Shown in pieces: positions 38,146 through 46,682 of a stretch of 64,000 bases of DNA. Made by a program: the position numbers and the translations under genes. Location: contig JABABA010000024.1 of assembly GCA_014238415.1 (NCBI GenBank), positions 499-64,498 of the forward strand. Reading direction: 5' to 3'. The notes below the pieces were generated by a model. That model ran no database searches. It was not told the DNA's origin and saw only the letters and a program-made list of their open reading frames with translations. How positions within the stretch are numbered: the first letter of the stretch is position 1; each line of letters opens with the position of its first letter. This stretch comes from Planctomycetota bacterium (GTDB lineage Bacteria > Planctomycetota > UBA1135 > GCA-002686595).

Positions 38146-38790
38146 ATGAACATGAGTCGAACCACGAGCCGCCGACCCTGCAGGACAGGGACAGCAGTGA
38201 TAGTACTGGGACCCCTTATCATCGGCATTGGTTGCATAGTTTCTCCACCCGAACCACAAGAGGTCTGGAATGCCTTGGATGAGGGCCTTTCCAGCCCCTT
38301 GGGGACCATCGAAGCCTTCCGCACAGCCATGCGAGGAGAGATTCTGGTGGCCGAGTACCGCTGCTTCAGCAGTGACTGGAAATCCCGCATGGGGATCAGC
38401 CAGGTGGGCTACCGGGAGTATCGGGACAGCCTGCTCGCAGAAAGCCCTCACCTGATCTGGGCCCTCAGTCGGGCCAAGACCCGCCTGGAAGAGGGACCGG
38501 GCCCAAACCGAGCCACGGTCTGGGCCACCTTCGACGGGCCCTGGATCGAATTCTCCCTACGCTTTCAGCTGCTACGCGAAGCCTATATGGAAGTTCGCGC
38601 AGCAGGCAGCCGGGTTGTCTCCGAGCCCCTCGACCAAGCCGCCACCCAGGTACGCCACGATCCCGACCAGGGCCTGCTCTTCGCCTGGATCCCCGTGGAA
38701 GCCCTCTCCCCCGGGCAGGAAGTGGAATCGTTTCGCCTGGAGACCGAGTGGCGCATTGACGCCATCGATCTGGCCACAGGAAATGAATGA
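38146..38790 (+). CDS. hypothetical protein (possible lipoprotein)
   Basis: It has an ATG start and the N-terminus MNMSRTTSRRPCRTGTAVIVLGPLIIGIGC (weak lipobox). Composition is balanced and I recognised no motif. Confidence 0.55.
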   Translation: MNMSRTTSRRPCRTGTAVIVLGPLIIGIGCIVSPPEPQEVWNALDEGLSSPLGTIEAFRTAMRGEILVAEYRCFSSDWKSRMGISQVGYREYRDSLLAESPHLIWALSRAKTRLEEGPGPNRATVWATFDGPWIEFSLRFQLLREAYMEVRAAGSRVVSEPLDQAATQVRHDPDQGLLFAWIPVEALSPGQEVESFRLETEWRIDAIDLATGNE

Positions 38791-38814
38791 ACAATCCCTG
38801 GGCAAGGCGCAGGC

Positions 38815-40581
38815 CTAGCGCACCACCGTGTCGGCAGCTTCGCCTTCACCGCCCTTGCGACCATCAGAACCTTCACAGGTAAGCAGCACGCCGTCATCGC
38901 CGCTCTTGAGTTCATACATGTTGCCCCAGGGGTCACGCTCCAAGCCGGGGCGACCGAGACCCGACTCCAACAAGACTTCAGAACGCATCAACTCGGTCAG
39001 GTTGCGAGGGTACTTCCCCGAGGCGCGCTGATAATGGTCTGCGATCAAACGCCAGCGCTCCAGATCATCAGCAACGATGCCCCGGCGCATTTGGGCTTCG
39101 AAAGCCTCCTGGGATGGGACTGCCTTGGCTGAGATCTCAAGCGAGGACGCTTGCATGGCATCGAGTGCGCGCATGATCATGCGTACCACTCTGCGCATCT
39201 TGTCGAAGTCGATCAGGTGTACCTCGTCCGTGTGCTTGTGATAATCCTTGTGCACATCCGCAAACAAGAAGGTGACTGGCAAGCCCAGGTTATCCGCAAA
39301 ATTCATGTGGTCGCTGCGGCGCCAGTAGTCATCGGCGCTCTTGAAGCGTCGGAAACCCTCCTGCTTGCCAAAGGACTCGATCAAGCGCACCAGCCCGTTG
39401 TAGTGCTTGGACACGGAGCCGTTTTTGGTGGGCGTGATCAGGATCTCGTCCGGCGCATTGCGGCCGATCATATCCATGTTGATATTGGCAATAGGACGGC
39501 AGCCCACAGGCAGCCAAGGCCTCTGGGTCCAACAGCGAGAGCCCAGAAGACCTTTCTCTTCCCCTGAAACCCAGATCAAGGCCACAGAACGCTTCATGGG
39601 TCCATATGCGGCCAGAGCATCCGCGATACCCAGGACACCGACCGTGCCGGAGCCGTTGTCGTCGGCCCCATTGTAGACCTCTCCACCTCGCACGCCCACA
39701 TGATCGTAGTGAGCACTGATGATGATCACTTCCTTGGACAGCTCCGGGTCAGAGCCGGGCCAGAAAGCGATCACATTCTCAAAGTACCGATGACCCCTTG
39801 GATCGATGATCCGACGCACCTCGCTGGCCTCCGCCCGGAGACTCTTGCCGAGATCAGGCAACTCATCCAAACCACAAGCCGCCAGGAACGCCCGGGCACC
39901 GCTGGCTGTCATGGTCAGGGTTGGAAACTCTACGGGCTGGTACTTCATCAAACGACCGGCCTTCATGGAGTCCACGCTCTTCTTGTGGCGCGCCAGTACA
40001 TCGTCCCCATCCTGCGGCAGGAGCAGAAGCCCAATGGCTCCCGCATCGATCACCTGTCGGATCAAACGGCGCATGGACTTGCCCGTGGACTGGCACACAG
40101 CCCACTTGTCCTTGAGAGCGTTCTTGCGCAGGTCGGACACTCGCCCCTCGCCAATACTCAGGAGGTCTCCCTGGGTCGCCAGGTCCCCCATGTCATTCAT
40201 GCGCGAGAACACATAATGACGCCCGAAAATCAATTTTGTATCGCCAACGGTCAAGTGACTCGCATCACTGTCCAGTTGCAGAAAGCTCAGGTGATATTCA
40301 GAAATGAACCCGTAGCGCGCGCCGGAATCAAAACCCAGGCGCTGCACTCGATCCCGAAGAAAGCGCGCTGCAATCCGCTGTTCATTGGAGGGTGTGTCCC
40401 GGCCGCGCATCTCATCGCTGGCGATGAAACTCAGGTCAGCCTCAAGGCCCTCAACGCTCACAGAGTCCAGGCCGCGTTCCAGGGCAGCAGGGTCTTGGAT
40501 GGCGGCAAGAGCGGAACTGGGAAGGCAAAGCGCAAGCAGCCAAAGCAGGCCGAGAGCAGGGGAATCAGGGGTCTGTTGCAT
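38815..40581 (-). CDS. secreted M28-family zinc aminopeptidase fused to a C-terminal GspG-type pseudopilin globular domain
   Basis: It has the signal peptide MQQTPDSPALGLLWLLALCLPSSALA and the M28 motifs HYDHVG, GADDNGSG, SGEEKGLLGS, NMDMIG and SDHMNF. The C-terminal ~100 aa contain YQRASGKYPRNLTEL...ERDPWGNMYEL...GSDGRKGGEGEAAD, matching the PulG/GspG soluble domain. Confidence 0.85.
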   Translation of the reverse strand: MQQTPDSPALGLLWLLALCLPSSALAAIQDPAALERGLDSVSVEGLEADLSFIASDEMRGRDTPSNEQRIAARFLRDRVQRLGFDSGARYGFISEYHLSFLQLDSDASHLTVGDTKLIFGRHYVFSRMNDMGDLATQGDLLSIGEGRVSDLRKNALKDKWAVCQSTGKSMRRLIRQVIDAGAIGLLLLPQDGDDVLARHKKSVDSMKAGRLMKYQPVEFPTLTMTASGARAFLAACGLDELPDLGKSLRAEASEVRRIIDPRGHRYFENVIAFWPGSDPELSKEVIIISAHYDHVGVRGGEVYNGADDNGSGTVGVLGIADALAAYGPMKRSVALIWVSGEEKGLLGSRCWTQRPWLPVGCRPIANINMDMIGRNAPDEILITPTKNGSVSKHYNGLVRLIESFGKQEGFRRFKSADDYWRRSDHMNFADNLGLPVTFLFADVHKDYHKHTDEVHLIDFDKMRRVVRMIMRALDAMQASSLEISAKAVPSQEAFEAQMRRGIVADDLERWRLIADHYQRASGKYPRNLTELMRSEVLLESGLGRPGLERDPWGNMYELKSGDDGVLLTCEGSDGRKGGEGEAADTVVR

Positions 40582-40717
40582 AGTTCAATCGGTGTCCGAT
40601 CCAACATACTAGCGCCTGTGAGCCCTCCAGGCATGTACGAGGCATGTGTTGGATTGCGGTCGGGCACCTATTCCTGGGGCCCCTACCCAGTCCATGCCAA
40701 CCCTGCTGACCGTGAGC

Positions 40718-42613
40718 CTACTGGCCGCCCTTTCCCGCGCTGCCCTTTTCGCCAGAGGAACTCCCAACAGGAAAACCCCCGGGAGGTCTGGTGGCTGGCC
40801 TGCTCGTGCCAGTCTGGGATCCTTGACCATCGGGACCCCTGCGCGCGCGTCCCTTGCCAGCGATTGAAGTCGGCTCCTCTTCCCCGATCACCAGGCTCAA
40901 CCGCAGGCCTCCAGTGGGCAGGTGCACCTCAGAACTGTAGGCGCGCTTGTATCCCCGCCGGCGGGCCATGACCACATTCGGGCCAGAGGGAACGTGCTCA
41001 CCGTAGATCTCGAAAGTCCCATCCTGACGGGAGGTAGCCATCATGCTGCCAAGGGCAACCCACTCATTGCCAGCCTTGGTCTCGACCCTCTCCATGATGC
41101 GCACCTGCACACCAGCTACGGGTTTGCCTTCAGCAAACACCAGACCCGAGGCAAGTTTTGGCAGACCCAGGAAGGATACGTTGCCGTACTCGGTCACCCC
41201 TTCGCGGGGTTCGTAGGACAGGTCCAGACGGGCGGTACTGGGAGGCACGCCTTGATCGGCAAAAAGTTCCAGGTGCGCTTCCCGGTGGGTCCCGAGGGTC
41301 CACTCGCGGGTGATGGGCAGATCGAAGTAGCCCTCGCTGTCCGTGATGATCGGCGCACCGCCACGGGCCACATCGTCTTCCCTCAAGTGCGCGCGCCCGG
41401 TGCGATCCGCCAGGGGTTGGCCTGATCCACTCACTGCACGGGCGCGAATCACGGGCCAGGTGGTGTCCCAGACGAGGGTCACCTCTTTGTCCTCACCCGC
41501 ACTCTGCGGACTTGGGATTGACTGCAGAAGATCACGCTTGACACCCGCTCCGCTGACCTTGATCACCGCCTCGGCCCCCACCGGAACATTCTCAAAGCGC
41601 GCAAAGCCCGCGGCTCGACGCCGAAATACCTCGCCCTTGAAGACCGTTTCTCCAGTCTTCTGATCTTGAGTAAAGTGCCCCAGGCTGATGTCCGCACGAG
41701 GCACCTGCTCACCCTCCCCATCCAGAACCCGCACCAACAGGCGGCCCACGGCGGGCATCACCAGACGCAGGGGCTCACGGGGCAGGTTCTTATGATCAAA
41801 ACGCACCAATTCGGTGGGCACCAAAGGCAAGGCAAGACGCACAGCAAACCCAGTCTCGTCATTGCGTGCCCCAATGGTGGCTCCCACCCGTCTGAAGTTG
41901 GCCATCCCCGATGGGCTGATGCTCGAGGTCTGATCCAAAGCCCGTGGGTTGAGGGGGTCGTTGATGCAGAGTGCAACCGGACTGTTCGGCAGGGGCTGAC
42001 CCTCGGAATCCACCACCAATACGCGCAAGTCGATGGCCGCCTTGAGCAAGATCTCGTGCGGCGAAGCCAACGGGCCGACCCACTCCAACCATCCCTCGTA
42101 GCCATCCCCGGAGGCATGAATCACCCCGTTGAGAACCGATGGAAGAACTGCCTTCCCCTGTTCGCTGGTCTGAAAGACCTGCCCTCTGACATCCATCAGA
42201 TCGCGCTTGGCGCTGGTGGAAATCTGCGCCTTGGCCCAGACGCCACGGGCCAGGGTGGACCGATCCAACAGACGCACCTGGGCTCCCTTGATTGGATTGC
42301 CTCCAAGGGGATGCAGCACGAACACCTCAAGCGCGCCCTCTGCTGTGACATCTCCCAGTTGAACTCCGCTGGCCATGCGAGCACCGCTCCCGCTGCCCGT
42401 CCCTGCCACCGATGCAGAGTTTGAACTTCCACTGCCAGACCCTCCCTGGAGGATAGCGGGGTCCCCGTTTCCATTGGAACTGACAAGGCCCTCCTGGTCC
42501 CCTGAGCCATCGAAGGCCTCCCATTCAGAGCCGCCGCCGCCCAGATCCGAGGTCAGATAGTACACCAGGCCAAGCACGGTGGCCGCGATCATGAGGGGGA
42601 GGAAACGTTTCAT
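40718..42613 (-). CDS. membrane-anchored protein with about five carboxypeptidase-regulatory-like beta-sandwich repeats
   Basis: ATG 42613 gives MKRFLPLMIAATVLGLVYYL, followed by a Gly/Ser-rich linker. The repeats are of the type (V/L)xVxVxDxxGxPxxxAxV. The C-terminus is a basic Gly-rich tail. Confidence 0.65.
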   Translation of the reverse strand: MKRFLPLMIAATVLGLVYYLTSDLGGGGSEWEAFDGSGDQEGLVSSNGNGDPAILQGGSGSGSSNSASVAGTGSGSGARMASGVQLGDVTAEGALEVFVLHPLGGNPIKGAQVRLLDRSTLARGVWAKAQISTSAKRDLMDVRGQVFQTSEQGKAVLPSVLNGVIHASGDGYEGWLEWVGPLASPHEILLKAAIDLRVLVVDSEGQPLPNSPVALCINDPLNPRALDQTSSISPSGMANFRRVGATIGARNDETGFAVRLALPLVPTELVRFDHKNLPREPLRLVMPAVGRLLVRVLDGEGEQVPRADISLGHFTQDQKTGETVFKGEVFRRRAAGFARFENVPVGAEAVIKVSGAGVKRDLLQSIPSPQSAGEDKEVTLVWDTTWPVIRARAVSGSGQPLADRTGRAHLREDDVARGGAPIITDSEGYFDLPITREWTLGTHREAHLELFADQGVPPSTARLDLSYEPREGVTEYGNVSFLGLPKLASGLVFAEGKPVAGVQVRIMERVETKAGNEWVALGSMMATSRQDGTFEIYGEHVPSGPNVVMARRRGYKRAYSSEVHLPTGGLRLSLVIGEEEPTSIAGKGRARRGPDGQGSQTGTSRPATRPPGGFPVGSSSGEKGSAGKGGQ

Positions 42614-42732
42614 AGGGACCGGGTCTAAATCGTCCCCGGGACCCACAAGAATAAAGGAAATGCAACGCGTGGGCCCGAGGAACATCGATTGAGACGCCCC
42701 AATAGGACATCTGTTCCCCGAGAAATGACTTC

Positions 42733-43680
42733 TTATGACCCCTCTTTATCCTGCCCCCGCTCCTCCAGGCCCTGCTCCCTGTGTATGCGAGTGGATTGGA
42801 GCACCTGTGCCTGACTCGCACGCAGGCGGCCCAGGAGGCCCTGCAAGTTCTTGGGAGCCTGAGCCAGATCCTCGAGGACGGCCTCGCAGGCGGGACAAGC
42901 ATGATCCTGCACATGTGTCTGGATGAACAACGCTGCTCCTCCTTCCAGGGCACCGTTCTGCCAACGGGCGAGCCAATGACGAGCTGGACATGCAACCCCT
43001 CCGGCTCGCCAGATGGTGGCAATATTCAACTCGGATGAACCGTCAGCCGCTAGAGCCGCCAGGGCTCCGGTCAGGTCCTCGCCCCCCTCGCGCTCCTTGG
43101 CCAGCACGGCCAGTCGCTTCAGGGCCCGGAACTTGATCCCCGCCACCACGCCCTCATCGCGCAGGCCAAAAGCGTCGACCAGATCCTTGTTGCGCCTTCC
43201 CGCCAGCAGCAGAGCTTCCATCACGCATAAACGATCGAAAGCCTGAGCAGCCCAATTCTCTGCCACCCAGGCAGCCAGGATCTCCCCCAACAGGGCATTG
43301 CCCCTGTCAACCAGATCACCTCTGCGCACAAGGCTGCTGGGGCTCGGCTGAACCAAGGGCAAGGCGTCAAAGAGGGCACTCTCATCCTCGTCTGCTCCGT
43401 AACCAAAACCCTTGCCGCGCGTGCCCCGACGAAGTTGATCAATCGTGCGGTTGCGGCAGATACCAAACAGGTACTGCTCGAACTGGAAGGCCCGGTCGAA
43501 ACGACCGATGCCCCTCACGGCACCCAGAAAAGTCTCCTGGAGAACATCTTCGCGCACGTCGGGATCACCAATGCGGCGAGTGATATAGGCCATCAGTCGA
43601 GCTGAATAGAGTTCCTCCGCTCGGGCCCACTGACCGTCGTCAAGGGCTTGCAACTGGTCGATGTCCAATTCGTCGCTCAT
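42733..43680 (-). CDS. ECF-type sigma factor with C-terminal Cys/His (anti-sigma zinc-finger-like) extension
   Basis: It has sigma-2 (DVLQETFLGAVRGIGRF...YLFGICRNRTIDQLRR) and sigma-4 (GLRDEGVVAGIKFRALKRLAVL). An extra ~115 aa then carry C231, H235, H256, H260, C262-P-A-C265. Confidence 0.8.
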   Translation of the reverse strand: MSDELDIDQLQALDDGQWARAEELYSARLMAYITRRIGDPDVREDVLQETFLGAVRGIGRFDRAFQFEQYLFGICRNRTIDQLRRGTRGKGFGYGADEDESALFDALPLVQPSPSSLVRRGDLVDRGNALLGEILAAWVAENWAAQAFDRLCVMEALLLAGRRNKDLVDAFGLRDEGVVAGIKFRALKRLAVLAKEREGGEDLTGALAALAADGSSELNIATIWRAGGVACPARHWLARWQNGALEGGAALFIQTHVQDHACPACEAVLEDLAQAPKNLQGLLGRLRASQAQVLQSTRIHREQGLEERGQDKEGS

Positions 43681-43697
43681 AGATCCCCTTGCACCGT

Positions 43698-44774
43698 CTA
43701 CTGCATCAAGGCCAAAGCCACCAAGGTCAAGGTGAAGCCTACTAAGAGAGCAACTCCACCCAGGAGCCCTTTGCGCGCAAGCCGCCTGCGCAACGTGGGG
43801 GGACCTGACCCAGGAGCGTCATGCAAGAACTTGCGACGCAACTCGGCTACCCTTTCTGCCATGGTCGTACCCGCCAATTCCCGCTGTGCCAGATGTCCTC
43901 CCCGGCCAGCCCACTCTCCAAGGCCCAGGGCATCCAGCACGATCTGATCCTCATGGGAGGCTCCCTGGCCCAGGCGATCCAAGATCTCCCGCACGGATTG
44001 AGGCCGGTCGGCCGGGTCCAAGCGCAAGCAGTCCCGGGTCAAGTCCGCCAGGGGCACGGGATACTCCTCAGAAAATGACGGCGGATCGTCCTTGGTTCGC
44101 ACCACCAGACCTGTACCTCCCTCCCCGGCATAGGGCAACTCACCCATCAGGCACTCATAGAGCACCACGCCCAGGCTGTAAACATCGGCCCGATGGTCAG
44201 CCCTGGAACGCAGGATTTCGGGAGCCATGTATTGGGGGGTGCCACGGCCCATGCTCAAGGTCTGGCGCCCATCGGCCAGAAGCTTTGCCAGGCCATAGTC
44301 TCCGACCTTGGCGATATCCCCGCGCAAGAAGATGTTGCCCGGCTTGAGATCAAAGTGCACCACACGTCGCTCGTGCAGGGCGGACACCCCGCGACAGACC
44401 TGCACAAAGATGGTCAGGGCGTCGCGCGGATCGAGGGCGCCCTCGGCCAGTTCGTGAGCCAGGGTGCGTTCGCCCCCAAAGCCCATTACAAGGTAGGGCA
44501 CATCCAGCACCACCCCGATGTCCTCGATGGAGACCAGGTTCTGATGATCAATGTCAGCCAAATGGCGCACATGCTCCAACTCGCGCGCCACCGCCTCGTC
44601 CTTGCCCCCGTCTCCGAGTTTCAGGAACTTGATCGCCAGAGACTTGCCGGTGGAGACCTTGCGCGCCTTGTAGGCCTCACCAAAGGCGCCACCCCCCAGC
44701 CTCTGCAAGATTTCGTAACCCCCTACGAATTCGGGCTTACGCAGTTGCAGGTAGAACTCTTCCCAATCAGCCAT
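43698..44774 (-). CDS. Ser/Thr protein kinase, C-terminally TM-anchored, no extracytoplasmic domain
   Basis: It has GGGAFGEAYKA, AIK, HFDLKPGNIFL, DYGLAK and GTPQYMAPE. It ends in the hydrophobic helix LLGGVALLVGFTLTLVALALMQ. Confidence 0.9.
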   Translation of the reverse strand: MADWEEFYLQLRKPEFVGGYEILQRLGGGAFGEAYKARKVSTGKSLAIKFLKLGDGGKDEAVARELEHVRHLADIDHQNLVSIEDIGVVLDVPYLVMGFGGERTLAHELAEGALDPRDALTIFVQVCRGVSALHERRVVHFDLKPGNIFLRGDIAKVGDYGLAKLLADGRQTLSMGRGTPQYMAPEILRSRADHRADVYSLGVVLYECLMGELPYAGEGGTGLVVRTKDDPPSFSEEYPVPLADLTRDCLRLDPADRPQSVREILDRLGQGASHEDQIVLDALGLGEWAGRGGHLAQRELAGTTMAERVAELRRKFLHDAPGSGPPTLRRRLARKGLLGGVALLVGFTLTLVALALMQ

Positions 44775-44832
44775 GGTTGATCAACCCCACTTTGCCCTTG
44801 GGAGCGCGGGTCCTATCAGTATAGAGCCCGCC

Positions 44833-45651
44833 CTACCACGGCAAGAAGCAAATCGCCACAGGTGCTTCCCCTGGGCGTGTGCAGGCCAGAACCTCAATTG
44901 GCTCTTCAATTGGCAGTCTGACCACATGCTGCCTTGAATCATCGCCTGCGCGCAGGAATCCACCCTCACAAACAAGCAGAAGACAGTCTTCCTGACCCTC
45001 GCAAAGTACGGGATGAACCGTGCCTGAAATCCCAATCAGCGCATCCACATCACCACCGATTCGCACAATGCCCCCCGGACCCGGGTACCACAGCAAGAGA
45101 CCTCCGGCACCCGCCACCTCGGCGGGATCCTGGGGTTCAAGGCGCAAAGAAGCGGAAGCCGGATCATTCCGTCTGACATCAAAGTGAGTGGACTCCCCCA
45201 GGCATAACTGGAGGCCATGGGTCAGGGCGACTGTGGAATCCACAGGCTGGCCCTCTGCCTGGGCGGTCTGGCCCGGCATCAGGCGCAACAGCCAACCCTG
45301 GCCCCCATGAAAGGACTCCGCCACAGCCAATTCGCCATGCAGGGGAGCCAGGTCCCCGTGGATTCCAACCTGGGCGCCGTCTGCTCCGGCATGCCCGAGA
45401 CCCGTGCACCCCCCCAGCAGAACGCGCCAGTCCCCGCCTTCGTCCACGGTCATGCGAAAGCGTGCAAGAGACTGCCCCTGCGGCAGCGCTCCTTGCACCT
45501 CGGGAGCTTCTGCCCCCGATACCCTTCTCACTCGCTCCCGAGCAAGCTCCGCCCGCAAGCGTGCACTGGCTGGAGCGGGCTTCGGCCCACCGGAGTCAAT
45601 GGACGGCAAGCCTCCCCAAAGCCGGGCCAGCCAAGCGCGCGCCCTATTCAA
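44833..45651 (-). CDS. hypothetical protein, two tentative degenerate FHA-like repeats
   Basis: It has a TTG start 13 nt after the GGDEF gene stop. The segments LGHAGADGAQVGIHGDLAPLHGELAV...GWLLRL...GQPV...LTHGLQLCLGES and VRIGGDVDALIGISGTVHPVLCEG... loosely follow the FHA pattern. The CDS call is firmer than the domain call. Confidence 0.55.
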   Translation of the reverse strand: MNRARAWLARLWGGLPSIDSGGPKPAPASARLRAELARERVRRVSGAEAPEVQGALPQGQSLARFRMTVDEGGDWRVLLGGCTGLGHAGADGAQVGIHGDLAPLHGELAVAESFHGGQGWLLRLMPGQTAQAEGQPVDSTVALTHGLQLCLGESTHFDVRRNDPASASLRLEPQDPAEVAGAGGLLLWYPGPGGIVRIGGDVDALIGISGTVHPVLCEGQEDCLLLVCEGGFLRAGDDSRQHVVRLPIEEPIEVLACTRPGEAPVAICFLPW

Positions 45652-45664
45652 GAGTCTCCTTTGG

Positions 45665-46603
45665 CTAGCTGCCTACCACGATGCCTGCACCCGATGACGA
45701 AGCACTGAAGTAGGCCTCGCGGGTATGCATGAAGAGATCCTCGCGACGCTTGACGGAGGGATGAGGGCAGGCGCTGATGCCTACGGCAAGATTCATGGGA
45801 TCCCCCACCAGGTCGAGCAAGCCCTGAGCCTCTGCCTGCTCGCGCACGCGCTGGGCCATGATGCGCGCTCCATCTGGTCCTGTGTTTGGCAGCAGGAAAA
45901 GGAAAGAGCTCTCATCAAATCGTCCAAGCACATCCGTGTCCCGGGATGCGGCCAGGAAGATACCCGCCAGGTCTCGCAGGGTGACGTCGTCCGCTTGCCC
46001 CTCGAAGCCCAGCATGACGCAGGAAAGAGGCTGGGCGAAACGCACGGCGCGCTTGAATTCTTCGTCCAGCTTGTAGTTCAGGAAGGCGTAGTTGAAGAGC
46101 CCCGTAGCCGGGTCGCAAACCGCACGGGCCAGCTTCGCATCTGGTTCGCCCGTGCGAAGGTCCACCAGGAGGGCCTCCGGAAGTTCGTTCTTGCTGGGAT
46201 CCAGAGGACCCCGTTCCGCCTCGGGCAGAACCGGGCGCGGGCCTGCGGAGCCCTCCAGGGCCTGAGCCAGCCCGCTGCGAGTAAGCGGCCGTTCAATGAT
46301 GCCAGTGGCGCCCGAAAAGCGGGCGATCGGGCCAGCCATCTCATTGGCCACTTCAGTCACCACAAAGACACGGCAGCGGACCTTGCCCACCATGCGCCTG
46401 CAGGCCTCGTATACGTTCTCGCCGCGCAACCAGGCATCCATCAGAATCACATCTCCGGGAACCGGGGGCCTTTGCAGCAATTCTCCCACGCTGGACACCG
46501 CGTCTACTTCCCAACCACTCAAGGCAGCCACAGCTGCTTTGGCATTGGAGCCCAGTGATTCGTCGGTGCTCACCACCCGTAGAGTTCGAAGTCCATCTCC
46601 CAT
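45665..46603 (-). CDS. response-regulator receiver + degenerate GGDEF domain protein
   Basis: The sequence from ATG 46603 has a receiver with VILMDAW (phospho-Asp) and VFVVTE. The GGDEF domain has DESSF in place of GGDEF, preceded by RDTD (RxxD I-site spacing). Confidence 0.8.
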   Translation of the reverse strand: MGDGLRTLRVVSTDESLGSNAKAAVAALSGWEVDAVSSVGELLQRPPVPGDVILMDAWLRGENVYEACRRMVGKVRCRVFVVTEVANEMAGPIARFSGATGIIERPLTRSGLAQALEGSAGPRPVLPEAERGPLDPSKNELPEALLVDLRTGEPDAKLARAVCDPATGLFNYAFLNYKLDEEFKRAVRFAQPLSCVMLGFEGQADDVTLRDLAGIFLAASRDTDVLGRFDESSFLFLLPNTGPDGARIMAQRVREQAEAQGLLDLVGDPMNLAVGISACPHPSVKRREDLFMHTREAYFSASSSGAGIVVGS

Positions 46604-46682
46604 AGTCGTTGCTCTCCTGTCTTGTAACTTGGTTGTTGTTGCTTTGTCTTTTGGTCCTGATCCGGAAGCTGTCCGTTCAAAG

